In this document: in pieces, positions 1 to 10,182 of the stretch
Position numbering within the stretch: position 1 is the first letter of the stretch
Layout: each line of letters opens with the position of its first letter
Program-made: the position numbers and the translations under genes
Assembly: GCA_029099845.1 (NCBI GenBank)
Contig: JAQXOT010000023.1
Coordinates: 150-64,149, forward strand
Direction of reading: 5' to 3'
Length of the DNA: 64,000 bases
Source of the DNA: a bacterium
Lineage (GTDB): Bacteria > Bacillota_I > Bacilli_A > RF39 > UBA660
Notes under the pieces: model-generated
Databases searched by the model: none
Told to the model about the DNA's origin: nothing
The model's input: only the letters and a program-made list of their open reading frames with translations

Positions 1-69
1 GTTATTTCTTTTTTTATAAACAAAAAAAGTACAATATTCAGCATTCATATTGTACTCTTATATAAATAT

Positions 70-1626
70 TTATTTAGCTTCTTCTTGTGCTCTAGTTTCA
101 CGAACAACTGTAATTTTAATTGTTCCTGGATACTTCATGTTAGCCTCAATTTTTTCCTTGACCTCTCTTGCAATTTGATGTGCACCTAAATCGTCAACTT
201 CTTCTGGCTTAACAATTACTCTTAATTCACGTCCAGCTTGTACTGCATAAGTCTTTTCAACACCTTCAATATTATTACCAACTTCCTCAAGCTGAGACAA
301 TCTTTGAATATAATTTTCTAAAGAATCATTTCTTGCTCCTGGGCGAGAAGCAGATAATGCATCAGCAATAGCAACAATTGATGAAATAACACTTGTAGCA
401 ACAGTATCACCATGATGAGAAGCAATAGCGTTTATAACTATTGGATCCTCATTATATTTCTTAGCCAAATCAACACCAATATCAACATGGCTACCTTCTA
501 CTTCATGATCAATAGCTTTGCCAATATCATGCAATAAACCAGCTCTTTTAGCTAAAGCAACATTTTCTCCTAATTCACCAGCTAAAATACCAGAAAGTTG
601 TGCCACCTCAATTGAATGTTGTAAAGCATTTTGACCATAACTAGTCCTAAAATACAATTTACCAATTATTTCAATTAAAGCTGGATCAAACTTCGTTAAA
701 CCAAGTTCAAAAGTAGCCTCTTGACCATAGTCAATTATCTTTTGTTTCATATCTTTACAAACTTTATCATATAGCTCTTCAATTCTAGTTGGATGAATTC
801 TTCCATCCTTTATCAAGCTTTCCAAAGTAACTCTCGCAATTTCTCTACGCAATGGATCAAAGCTAGATAAAACAACAGCTTCTGGTGTGTCATCAATAAT
901 TAAATCAACCCCAGTAATTGCCTCAATGGTTCGAATATTTCTACCTTCTCTACCAATTATTCTACCTTTCATTTCATCATTAGGTAAATCAACAACCGTA
1001 ACGGTTTGATCACTTGCCACATCAGCAGCATATTTCTGCATAGCTGAAACAATTAACTCATGAGCCCTTTTATCTGCAGTCAACTTAGCCTCATTTTCAG
1101 CCTCACGTACGTACTCAGCAATTTCACGATTCATTCCTTCTTTAACTTGGTTCATTACCATTTCTCTAGCTTTATCTCTACTAAAACCAGAAATCTTTTC
1201 TAATAAATCTAATTGTTCTTTTTTAATTTCCTCCACTTTACTTTTTTCATTTTGGATTTCCATTTGGCGTTCAGAAAGTTTTTCCTCACGCTCATCAAGA
1301 GTTGCTTCCCTCTTCTGATACAACTCATCTCTCTTATCTATATTTGCTTCTCTTTGAAGTAAACGTTGTTCAGATTGTTTTAACTCCTCTTTTTTTTCAC
1401 GAATCTCCCTATCTAAATCCATCTTTTGTTTATGAGCTTCTTCCTTTTGTTCAATCGCAGCATCCCTTTTTAATTTATCAATTTCTTTTTTTGCTTGACT
1501 AATTAAATTTTCAGCGGCTTTAGCAGCCTTGCTCACTCTTAAATTATTTAAAATAAAAGCTAAAATAAACCCAACTAGCAGTCCAACTGCTATAAGTAAA
1601 ACGGAGAATAATGCATTGTTTTCCAT
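70..1626 (-). CDS. rny: Ribonuclease Y
   Basis: N-terminal TM helix, coiled coil, KH domain ([14 protein letters not shown]) and HD motif (LLHDIGK). Start moved to ATG 1626 (GGAGG RBS). Confidence 0.97.
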   Translation of the reverse strand: MENNALFSVLLIAVGLLVGFILAFILNNLRVSKAAKAAENLISQAKKEIDKLKRDAAIEQKEEAHKQKMDLDREIREKKEELKQSEQRLLQREANIDKRDELYQKREATLDEREEKLSERQMEIQNEKSKVEEIKKEQLDLLEKISGFSRDKAREMVMNQVKEGMNREIAEYVREAENEAKLTADKRAHELIVSAMQKYAADVASDQTVTVVDLPNDEMKGRIIGREGRNIRTIEAITGVDLIIDDTPEAVVLSSFDPLRREIARVTLESLIKDGRIHPTRIEELYDKVCKDMKQKIIDYGQEATFELGLTKFDPALIEIIGKLYFRTSYGQNALQHSIEVAQLSGILAGELGENVALAKRAGLLHDIGKAIDHEVEGSHVDIGVDLAKKYNEDPIVINAIASHHGDTVATSVISSIVAIADALSASRPGARNDSLENYIQRLSQLEEVGNNIEGVEKTYAVQAGRELRVIVKPEEVDDLGAHQIAREVKEKIEANMKYPGTIKITVVRETRAQEEAK

Positions 1627-1724
1627 AACATTCCTCCATCTAGACCATAATAACAATCCAATTATATTGTAGAGTGAATTTTATACCTTGTCAAGCAAAA
1701 CAAAAACGGGAGAAAAGCAAAATA

Positions 1725-3122
1725 TCATGCAAAGTATTGAGCAATAACATCATAATCACAATAAGGAATTTTCTCATTACCTATTGCCATATAATTATCT
1801 CGTCCCTTACCCAAAATTAAGACAACATCGCCACTTAAAGCTAAATTAAAGGCCCGATAAATAGCCGCTTTTCGATCAATATTTCGTTCATAATTAGAAT
1901 TAGTTGTTGCCCTAAGCATATCGTCAATAATTAAATCAACATCCTCATTTCGTGGATCATCCATTGTAAAAATTACCAAATCAGATTTTTCCAAAACAAG
2001 TTTTCCAATCTGAGATCTTTTTTCCTTTTCTCTACCTCCCGCTGCTCCCGTAACAGTTATAATACGCTTATAATCACTAACACTATTTAAAATATTTAAA
2101 ATTCCATTATAAGTATGGGCATAATCTAAAATAATTTCAAAATCTTGCCCAAAATTCAAGTGCTCAGAACGACCTAATACAGGCTCCATATTTTTAATTT
2201 GCTTAATCAAAACATCACTAGATATACCTAAATACAAAGATACAATAAAGGCTAAGCCAACATTATAAATGTTATATTTCCCCAAAAAAGGGCTAAAAAT
2301 AGCATAAGAATTACTTTCATGATTAACTGTAAAGTTAACACAATTATCTAAATATTTTACATTAGAAAACACAAAGTCATTATTCCTATTAAAACCAAAA
2401 GTAGACATATCATCATGTGTCAACATCCGACAATTATCATCATCGCCATTAATAAAAATATGTCCATCACCATCTAAATAATTAACTAGTAAAAATTTTG
2501 CATTTCTATAATTTTCAATAGTTCCATGAATATTTAAATGATCCTCTGTAATATTAGTAAAACAAATAACTTTAAATTTTAAACCAGCAATTCTATTATG
2601 AAGTAATGCCTCACTTGACACTTCCATTACCACAGTTTTACATTTTTCTTTTTTTATAATTGACAAAAACTTATATAATTGAGGAACACAAGGTGTAGTA
2701 TTACTACTATCATAATGTTTATCTAAAATATCTACGCCATTTGTCCCAATATAAGCAACTTCCTCTTTTGATGATAATAATCGTCTAATAATTGAAGCTG
2801 TCGTCGTTTTTCCATCAGTACCAGTAATACCAATAAATTTAAATTCTGTTGGATTGACACCATAAAAATTTTGGCATATCTTCACAAAAGCATCAGAAAT
2901 ATTATCAACTACTACTACTGGTACAGAAACACTAATTTCTTTATCTGTTATAATTGCACTTGCTCCTCTAGCAATAGCATCATCTATAAAATCAAAGTGA
3001 TCAACATTAAACCCTTTAGTCGCTACAAAAAGATATCCTACTTCAACAAGCCTTGAATCTTCGGCTATTCCAACTATCTCTATATCAAAAGGGCATTTAA
3101 TAAGATTACAAAGTTTCTTCAT
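1725..3122 (-). CDS. murE: UDP-MurNAc-L-Ala-D-Glu:diamino acid ligase MurE (DDPR specificity motif, likely Lys/Orn type)
   Basis: GITGTDGKTT P-loop, MEVSS, TNITEDHL, DYAHT, MDDPR and GKG motifs. Start at ATG 3122 after GGAGG; ends in TGA. Confidence 0.93.
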   Translation of the reverse strand: MKKLCNLIKCPFDIEIVGIAEDSRLVEVGYLFVATKGFNVDHFDFIDDAIARGASAIITDKEISVSVPVVVVDNISDAFVKICQNFYGVNPTEFKFIGITGTDGKTTTASIIRRLLSSKEEVAYIGTNGVDILDKHYDSSNTTPCVPQLYKFLSIIKKEKCKTVVMEVSSEALLHNRIAGLKFKVICFTNITEDHLNIHGTIENYRNAKFLLVNYLDGDGHIFINGDDDNCRMLTHDDMSTFGFNRNNDFVFSNVKYLDNCVNFTVNHESNSYAIFSPFLGKYNIYNVGLAFIVSLYLGISSDVLIKQIKNMEPVLGRSEHLNFGQDFEIILDYAHTYNGILNILNSVSDYKRIITVTGAAGGREKEKRSQIGKLVLEKSDLVIFTMDDPRNEDVDLIIDDMLRATTNSNYERNIDRKAAIYRAFNLALSGDVVLILGKGRDNYMAIGNEKIPYCDYDVIAQYFA

Positions 3123-3183
3123 ATAACCTCCTACAATACAATAATACGCCAAAAAATTAATAAAATTAATAAAGGAAAAGAAA

Positions 3184-4233
3184 TTACTTTTCCTTTTCCT
3201 TTTTCTTATCTTTTTCCTCTTCTTTGGTAATAACTATATCATAATATTCACGAACTTTATTTTCAAGTTCTTCTTTTAATTCAACGTTTTCCTTAAGTAA
3301 CAATTTAACGTTTTCTTTACCTTGACCAAGCTTTTCACCTTGATAAGAATACCAAGCACCTGTTTTTTCAACAATACCAGCTTCAGCGGCTAAATCAATA
3401 ATTTCTCCTTCACGAGAAACACCTTCACCATACATAATATCAACAGTCGCAGTTCTAAATGGTGGAGCAACCTTATTTTTTACAACCTTAATGGTAGTTT
3501 TATTACCAACAATTCCCTCACCCATTTTTAATTGCTCATTACGTCTAATATCCAAACGAATAGAAGAATAAAATTTTAATGCCCTTCCACCAGGAGTAGT
3601 CTCTGGGTTACCAAACATAACTCCAACTTTTTCACGCAATTGATTAATAAATATACACGTAGTATTAGTTTTACTAATTGTTCCAGACAACTTTCTTAAA
3701 GCCTGGCTCATAAGCCTAGCTTGTAATCCAACATGAGAGTCCCCCATTTCTCCATCAATTTCAGCTTGAGGAACAAGTGCTGCTACCGAATCAATAACAA
3801 TAATACTAACAGCCTCACTTCGAACTAAAGCATCACAAATTTCCAATGCTTGCTCACCAGTATCAGGTTGAGATAATAACAACTCATCAATATCAACACC
3901 CAACCTTTCAGCATATACTGGATCCAAGGCATGCTCAGCATCAATAAATGCCGCACGACCTCCTGCCTTTTGATGCTCTGCTATTGCCTGCAAAGCAAAA
4001 GTCGTTTTACCACTTGATTCAGGACCATAAATTTCGATAATACGACCACGCGGATAACCACCAACACCTAAAGCAATATCCAAAGATAAACATCCACTAG
4101 AACAAACATCAACTTTTAAATGTTTATTATCTCCTAGTTTCATAATAGAGCCTTTCCCAAATTGTTTTTCAATATCATTTAATACCTGCTCCAAAGCTTT
4201 ATCTTTAGATACATCTTTATTTTCTGCTTTCAT
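3184..4233 (-). CDS. recA: Recombinase RecA
   Basis: [29 protein letters not shown] signature. Confidence 0.99.
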   Translation of the reverse strand: MKAENKDVSKDKALEQVLNDIEKQFGKGSIMKLGDNKHLKVDVCSSGCLSLDIALGVGGYPRGRIIEIYGPESSGKTTFALQAIAEHQKAGGRAAFIDAEHALDPVYAERLGVDIDELLLSQPDTGEQALEICDALVRSEAVSIIVIDSVAALVPQAEIDGEMGDSHVGLQARLMSQALRKLSGTISKTNTTCIFINQLREKVGVMFGNPETTPGGRALKFYSSIRLDIRRNEQLKMGEGIVGNKTTIKVVKNKVAPPFRTATVDIMYGEGVSREGEIIDLAAEAGIVEKTGAWYSYQGEKLGQGKENVKLLLKENVELKEELENKVREYYDIVITKEEEKDKKKEKEK

Positions 4234-4264
4234 ACTTACCTCCTAGTAAATAACTTACAAAACC

Positions 4265-4315
4265 ATTGTATACTAACTTAAAATAAAAATCAATAACATT
4301 TCGAACAAATGTTTT
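4265..4315 (-). promoter_or_regulatory. recA sigma-A promoter (TTGATT-17-TACAAT) with adjacent LexA/Cheo SOS box
   Basis: CGAACAAATGTTTT at 4302-4315 matches the Firmicute GAAC-N4-GTTY box. -35 at 4288-4293, -10 at 4265-4270 (minus strand). Confidence 0.75.
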
Positions 4316-4392
4316 TATTTTTTGATAACAAAATTACTAGCAAAAAGAAAAAATCCCCTAAAGAAAAAGGATTTTTCACAACAAATTGATTA

Positions 4393-5001
4393 TCAATCAA
4401 CAACTTTCTTAGAAATAATAATATCTTTATTCATAGAAAAATATTGCCAAGCTGAGATAATAGACATAATACATGCAAAATATAACAATAAGGATGCAAC
4501 ATCAATACCTACAAGAGCAAATGGTAAATTATAGAAGAAAGATAACACAATACCAACCATTAAAGATGCCGTTTTCAACTTACCAGCACCAATAGCTGCA
4601 ACAACCTTTCCTTTAGCAGCTGCCTCCATTTTAATTGCATTAACCACAATATCACGTAAAACAATAATTACTGGAATAATTTCATTAATAAATCCATGTG
4701 CTGCTAAAATAATTAATACTGAATTAACTAAAACTTTATCAGCAATAGCATCAAGCATCTTTCCAGTATCAGTAATTAAATCATATTTTCTCGCAATATA
4801 TCCATCCAAAAAGTCTGTAAGACTAGCGATTATAAAAATAATACCAGCAATAATATATTGTAATTCAATAGGATTAGACAATCCCGAAATCGTAAAAGTT
4901 GGAAATTGTATGCCAACTGCATAAAATGGGAAAACTAATAAAATTATTATTACAATTGATAAAATTAATCTAAGTACAGTTAATTTAGTAGGTAAATTCA
5001 T
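4393..5001 (-). CDS. pgsA: CDP-diacylglycerol--glycerol-3-phosphate 3-phosphatidyltransferase
   Basis: DFLDGYIAR...G...D...DK CDP-alcohol phosphotransferase motif; synteny with recA. Confidence 0.95.
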   Translation of the reverse strand: MNLPTKLTVLRLILSIVIIILLVFPFYAVGIQFPTFTISGLSNPIELQYIIAGIIFIIASLTDFLDGYIARKYDLITDTGKMLDAIADKVLVNSVLIILAAHGFINEIIPVIIVLRDIVVNAIKMEAAAKGKVVAAIGAGKLKTASLMVGIVLSFFYNLPFALVGIDVASLLLYFACIMSIISAWQYFSMNKDIIISKKVVD

Positions 5002-5479
5002 AAATAAGCTCCTCTCTTAAATCTGGTAACAATTCTTCACTACGAACAGGTACCCTATTGATAGTACTAATTACCCAATAAATAATTAGTATTAACAAAA
5101 TAAAACCTAAAAAAACACAAATAAACGGCCATGGGCCAATTTTTTTTGTATAAGTTTTGGTATATGGAGACTGAACTTTTTTTTCACTATCCTCAATCTT
5201 TTTCTGAGCGGCCTTGATATCTTCTAAAGATATTTTTGATGTATGTTCAAATAAAAAGCCATTAAATTCATCAACTACTTTTTCTGAATCTAATCCTAAA
5301 TATTTAGCATACTGAATAACATAAGATTTTAAATCATAAACATCTTTAAAAGCCTTAACATTACCACTTTCTATATTTTCAAGTTGAGATGTAGATAATT
5401 CTAAATCTTCGGCTGCCTCTGTCAAACTAACACCATTACTAGTTCTAGCTTGCCTTAAATACTCTCCTAATTCTTTCAA
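4985..5479 (-). CDS. RodZ/YmfM-like HTH + TM protein (short, little extracellular domain)
   Basis: LGEYLRQAR...IESG...YAKYLGLD HTH and one TM helix, upstream of pgsA like ymfM. Likely TTG start at 5479 after GAGGTG. Confidence 0.75.
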   Translation of the reverse strand: MKELGEYLRQARTSNGVSLTEAAEDLELSTSQLENIESGNVKAFKDVYDLKSYVIQYAKYLGLDSEKVVDEFNGFLFEHTSKISLEDIKAAQKKIEDSEKKVQSPYTKTYTKKIGPWPFICVFLGFILLILIIYWVISTINRVPVRSEELLPDLREELIYEFTY

Positions 5480-5502
5480 GAATAACACCTCACAAAATAA
5501 AC

Positions 5503-5862
5503 AATAAATATAAATAAGCCATGTTCTGTTCCTAGTAATCTAGGCGACAAACATTTATCTATTAACTTTCGTCAATCCCTAATCTAATTCTTATTATCAA
5601 ATTAAAGCTCCCCTACCAAAATTTGGGTTTCTCACTCGCGGGGTTTACCACGTTTCACTCTTTCGTTTCCAAAAGCCTCGTCACTGCGGCACTTTATGGC
5701 ATAAAATCATATCACAAGACTTAGATTTTAAAACCGCCGTTAGTAAAAACTACCCTAAGTTATTTTTTCCTTAGGCGCGAACACTACAATCATCACAGAT
5801 TGTGCGAGCATGGACTTTCCTCAAGAATCATATAAATTCCAGCGTTTGTCTATATATTAATT
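5503..5862 (-). ncRNA. rnpB: RNase P RNA, bacterial type B
   Basis: Minus strand has GAGGAAAGTCCATGCTCGCAC, AGTGCCGCAGTGACG, GGTAAACCCCGCGAG, TAGATAAATG and ACAGAACATGGCTTA; P2 helix GACAAAC/GTTTGTC. Follows gpsB as in Bacillus. Ends approximate. Confidence 0.95.
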
Positions 5863-6207
5863 GTCATTTTTTTCATCAGTTGGTTTCATACTAGCATATA
5901 CTAATTTTTCAAGTTGTGATAATCTACGTAAAATATCAACATTAGTAACTTCAGCAGATTCACTAGTACGCATAACTTCCATATTTAACTTAGAATTTCT
6001 TAACTCTTGCTTCAAATTAACATTCTCTGCAAGCAAATCAGCCTTTTCCTTTTCTAAACTATTAATTATTTCATAGAACTGTTCATAATCACCAATAATA
6101 GTATCTAAATATTGATCAACCTCTTTTAACCGATATCCACGAGTATCTATTCTAAACTCTTTTTTCAATATTTCCTCAGGAGAAAGCGTAATCTTATTTT
6201 GATACAT
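5857..6207 (-). CDS. gpsB: Cell division regulator GpsB (DivIVA domain)
   Basis: LSPEEILKKEF...RGY...EVDQYLD and C-terminal TNVDILRRLSQLEKLVY. Confidence 0.92.
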   Translation of the reverse strand: MYQNKITLSPEEILKKEFRIDTRGYRLKEVDQYLDTIIGDYEQFYEIINSLEKEKADLLAENVNLKQELRNSKLNMEVMRTSESAEVTNVDILRRLSQLEKLVYASMKPTDEKNDN

Positions 6208-6232
6208 TTTATCACCAATCCCTTACAGTATT

Positions 6233-6261
6233 ATTATGTCATTTTTAGTCATATTTGTCAA
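6233..6261 (-). promoter_or_regulatory. sigma-A promoter of gpsB (TTGACA-17-CATAAT, extended -10 TG)
   Basis: Direct match on the minus strand upstream of gpsB. Confidence 0.65.
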
Positions 6262-6352
6262 TTATTAACCGTGATACAACATATGATAATTTAATACTCC
6301 TAGTATTATCAACCATTCTATTGATTATTCTAATAACTTCTAATCCATTCAT
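6245..6352 (-). CDS. Putative 35-aa small protein (MNGLEVIRIINRMVDNTRSIKLSYVVSRLIIDKYD), not in ORF track
   Basis: ATG preceded by a GGTGA RBS like neighbouring genes; no recognisable family. Confidence 0.35.
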   Translation of the reverse strand: MNGLEVIRIINRMVDNTRSIKLSYVVSRLIIDKYD

Positions 6353-6493
6353 AACTATTCACCACTACAATAATAATACAAAAAAATACCAAAAAACATA
6401 CATTCGACAATACTAGTTAAAATTAGTCACTAAATAAATCCAAAATATAGAATTTTTTTTGCTAATATAGTATAATGAATGATAGGTGATGAA

Positions 6494-7066
6494 ATGAACT
6501 ACCCAAATGCTATAAAAAAGAAACAAACAACTTTGACTAGGGAACCTAGTTTCAGTAATAGAGGAATGCTTTTAGAAAATGAACTTAATATTTCTAACGA
6601 ATATTATCGTTCAATTGATAAAGCATACATATATAAAAAACCAACACCTATCAAAATAACTAACGTAGACTACCCATCTAGAAACAAAGCGGTAATAACT
6701 AAAGCTTACTTTACCGTTCCATCAACTACAGATTATAATGGAATATATAAAGGAAAATATATTGATTTTGAAGCCAAGGAAACCAAAAGTACCACTTCAT
6801 TTGCCCTTGAAAATATCCATGAACATCAAATAGAACATTTAAAAAACATCTATAGACATCAAGGCATTTCTTTCATAATAGTAAGATTTTCTACTTTAAA
6901 TAAAACCTATTTACTTATGACAAAAGACTTAATAGAATTCATCTCTACTGAAAAAAGAAAATCAATTCCACTAAGTTATTTTGAAGAAAAAGCTTATTTA
7001 ATAAAAGATGGTTATACACCAAGACTTGATTATTTAAAAATAATTGACCAAATCGGAGGTATTTAA
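6494..7066 (+). CDS. recU: Holliday junction resolvase RecU
   Basis: NRGMLLE, KKPTP, STTDYNG, DFEAKET, IHEHQ motifs; coupled to ponA. Confidence 0.97.
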   Translation: MNYPNAIKKKQTTLTREPSFSNRGMLLENELNISNEYYRSIDKAYIYKKPTPIKITNVDYPSRNKAVITKAYFTVPSTTDYNGIYKGKYIDFEAKETKSTTSFALENIHEHQIEHLKNIYRHQGISFIIVRFSTLNKTYLLMTKDLIEFISTEKRKSIPLSYFEEKAYLIKDGYTPRLDYLKIIDQIGGI

Positions 7067-7067
7067 T

Positions 7068-10000
7068 ATGAACAATAAAAAAGATACAAAAGGGAAAAAA
7101 ACTACTACTGCTAGTAGAACTAGTCAGAATACAAATATAAAGAAAAAACAGGAAAATAGTTCAAAGCAAGTAACTATCAACAAAAAAAATATAAAGCCTA
7201 GAACAACAGCATCAAGAACAACTTCCACTTCAAAAAATTCGCCAAGTTCTAAAAATATTAAATCTAGAGTTATCAAAAAAAATACTAAACAAGATAATAA
7301 TGTAAAACTAGCATGTTTAATTGCACTAGTTTTCATCGTAATCCTATTTTATTTCTTATTTGACTGGATTTTTGCTTTAATAACCATAGTAGGAATTTTC
7401 TTAATAATTGGAATTGCCCAATTATTAAGAAAATGTAAAGGAAAAAAATCTGGGAAAATACTAAAAATACTTTTAATAATATGCCTAATCCTAGGAATCA
7501 TTGGTGTTTGTGGCTTTTCAGCCTTTATGCTATACATAAAAAAAGAAGCTGACCCAATATATATTCCATCACAACTAGAAGCCCCAGAAAATACAACTTT
7601 TCTAGATATTAACAATATGGAATATGCAAAATTAGGAACAGAAGTTCGACAAAAAGTAACTTATGACGAATTACCACAAGTACTAATAGATGCACTTGTT
7701 GCTACTGAAGATTCAAGATTCTTCCAACACAATGGTTTTGATGCACCTCGTTTTATTAAAGCAGCTATTGGCCAAGTACTAGGAAAATCTGATGCCGGTG
7801 GTGCTTCAACAATTACAATGCAAGTAGTAAAAAATACTTTTACCGATCCCTTCGCCACATCTGGTATGAGTGGAATCGTTCGAAAATTTAAAGATATATA
7901 TTTAGCTATTTTTAAACTAGAAAAAAACTGTACCAAAGAAAAAATCATTGAATATTATGTAAATAATCACTACTTAGGTGGAAACATATATGGTGTTCAA
8001 GAAGCCGCTGAAACTTACTTTGGAAAAAATGTTAGTGACATAAATTTAAGTGAAGCTGCTATTCTTGCTGGAATGTTTAAATCTCCATTATATTATAGAC
8101 CAACAGTTTACCCTGAACATGCGGAAGAACGTAGACAAACAGTTTTATATTTAATGAAACGACATGGCTACATAACAGAAGAAGAAGAAAAATTAGCTAA
8201 TAGTATTCCCGTTGAAAGCCTAACTGTTTCTAATTCCAGTACAAATAATAGCATTTATCAAGGATATATTGATACAGTTGTTCAAGAAATTAGTGATAAA
8301 TATGGCATCAACGCTTACACTACTCCACTTCTTGTATATACTAATTTAGATCGAAGTAAGCAAGATGCAGTAAATAGTGTTTTCAATGGTGAAAGCTATA
8401 ACTGGATTAATGACAAGGTCCAAGCTGGTGTATCAGTACTAGACAGTCAAACTGGAAAAATTTTAGCAATAGGTAATGGTCGTAATGTTAATGGTCGTGT
8501 TGCTTCCGACATTGGAAAATTAAACTACGCTACTGACATTTCAAGACAGCCTGGTTCAACTGCTAAACCGCTATTTGACTATGGACCTGGTATCGAATAT
8601 AACAACTGGTCAACATACACCTTATTTGATGATGCACCTTATACCTACTCCAATGGTCGTTCTATTAAAAACTGGGATAATGGCTACTTTGGTGTTATAA
8701 CAATGCGAAGAGCCCTTTCAACATCTCGTAATATTCCTGCCTTAAAAGCCTTCCAACAAGTAAACAATGACAAAATTAAAGAATTTGTATTAAATTTAGG
8801 CTTAACTCCAGAAATATGTGAAACAGGATACAAATATAATAAAGAAACGGATTTATGTGAAAATAAAAAAGATAAATCTGATACAAAAAGTCCATCAAAA
8901 ATTCATGAAGCCCATTCAATTGGAGCTTTCTCACCTGGTACTAATCCACTAGAAATGAGTGCTGCATATGCGGCTTTCTCAAACGGTGGTACCTATCACG
9001 AACCATATAGTGTAAATAAAATTATTTTCAAATCAACCGGGGAAGAAATTGTTCATGAAGATAAATCAAATAAAGCAATGTCAGATGCTACTGCCTTTAT
9101 GATCTCAAGCATTTTACAAGACGTAGCACTAACTGGTGGAACACCAAAAAATGTTGCTTGTAAAACAGGAACCACAAACTATGATTCTCAAACAATGAGT
9201 AATTATGGCCTACCAAGTGATGCTATCAGAGATTCTTGGGTTGTAGGTTACTCAACCAAAACTGTAATTGCCCTATGGTATGGCTATGACTTTATTGATA
9301 GCGAATATTGCTTACATAACCTTCCTGCTACAATTCAAAAAGATAAAATCTTTAAAGCCCTAATTAACGCTGGAGCAATGGAATCAAATAGAGAAGCCTT
9401 CACTCAACCAAGCAGTGTTTCAAAAGTTGGCGTAGTCGCAGGCAGCGATCCACCTATGCTTCCAGGTGCCTATACCGGTGAAGTAGTATATGAATACTTC
9501 AAAAAAGGTTATGAGCCTGATCAAGTATATGAAGAAGAAAAACTAGAAAAACCAAATAATTTCAAAGCAACCTACAATAAATTAACTAAAAAAGTTACTT
9601 TAAGTTGGGAAAAAGTTGCTCAAGGAAATACCGCCGATAAAAATTATGGCACATTCGGTTACAATATATATCTTGGCTCAACATTAATCGGATTTACAGA
9701 AAAGACAAGCTATACGTACACACCAAAAGATACCCCATATGGAACATATAAAGTAATAGCTGCATATAAAGGCTACTCTGGTATTCAAAGTGAAGCGGCA
9801 ACCTATGAATTAAAAGATACAACAGCACAAGATGCTATAAAAGAAAAATTAAGTCTTACATATACCGGTGAAACCATTATTCCACAGGATTCATCGTTAA
9901 CATTAGATCATAGTAAATTTATAGTTAAATATGATGGAAAAATAGTAAATGCTACTGTTAATACTTGTAGCCCAGAAAAAATAAGTATTGCTGGTAAAAA

Positions 10001-10121
10001 CTTCATTATATGTAAAATAACCTACGACAAAAATGAATACGAATTAAGTACTTCCATCGAAACGACAAAAGAAGAAGCATCTTCACCAGAAACTCCAGAA
10101 AATACTCCAGAAACCGAATAA
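7068..10121 (+). CDS. ponA: Class A penicillin-binding protein (transglycosylase-transpeptidase, C-terminal FN3/Ig-like domains)
   Basis: GT motifs EDSRF, GASTITMQ, RKFKD; TP motifs STAK, SRN, KTGT. recU-ponA operon; ATG 7068 after GGAGGT. Confidence 0.93.
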   Translation: MNNKKDTKGKKTTTASRTSQNTNIKKKQENSSKQVTINKKNIKPRTTASRTTSTSKNSPSSKNIKSRVIKKNTKQDNNVKLACLIALVFIVILFYFLFDWIFALITIVGIFLIIGIAQLLRKCKGKKSGKILKILLIICLILGIIGVCGFSAFMLYIKKEADPIYIPSQLEAPENTTFLDINNMEYAKLGTEVRQKVTYDELPQVLIDALVATEDSRFFQHNGFDAPRFIKAAIGQVLGKSDAGGASTITMQVVKNTFTDPFATSGMSGIVRKFKDIYLAIFKLEKNCTKEKIIEYYVNNHYLGGNIYGVQEAAETYFGKNVSDINLSEAAILAGMFKSPLYYRPTVYPEHAEERRQTVLYLMKRHGYITEEEEKLANSIPVESLTVSNSSTNNSIYQGYIDTVVQEISDKYGINAYTTPLLVYTNLDRSKQDAVNSVFNGESYNWINDKVQAGVSVLDSQTGKILAIGNGRNVNGRVASDIGKLNYATDISRQPGSTAKPLFDYGPGIEYNNWSTYTLFDDAPYTYSNGRSIKNWDNGYFGVITMRRALSTSRNIPALKAFQQVNNDKIKEFVLNLGLTPEICETGYKYNKETDLCENKKDKSDTKSPSKIHEAHSIGAFSPGTNPLEMSAAYAAFSNGGTYHEPYSVNKIIFKSTGEEIVHEDKSNKAMSDATAFMISSILQDVALTGGTPKNVACKTGTTNYDSQTMSNYGLPSDAIRDSWVVGYSTKTVIALWYGYDFIDSEYCLHNLPATIQKDKIFKALINAGAMESNREAFTQPSSVSKVGVVAGSDPPMLPGAYTGEVVYEYFKKGYEPDQVYEEEKLEKPNNFKATYNKLTKKVTLSWEKVAQGNTADKNYGTFGYNIYLGSTLIGFTEKTSYTYTPKDTPYGTYKVIAAYKGYSGIQSEAATYELKDTTAQDAIKEKLSLTYTGETIIPQDSSLTLDHSKFIVKYDGKIVNATVNTCSPEKISIAGKNFIICKITYDKNEYELSTSIETTKEEASSPETPENTPETE

Positions 10122-10150
10122 ATCTTAACTAACAAATGAGAAAAATACAT

Positions 10151-10182
10151 AAAAAAATCAAGGCTAACCTTGATTTTTTTTA
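10151..10182. terminator. Bidirectional intrinsic terminator between ponA and nth
   Basis: AAAAAAATCAAGG-CTAA-CCTTGATTTTTTT hairpin flanked by A and T tracts. Confidence 0.8.

Noticed and set aside
1725-1727. Mollicute-type code 4 (TGA = Trp)
   Set aside because: murE ends in TGA at normal length, and long conserved ORFs translate fully under code 11 with TGG for Trp.
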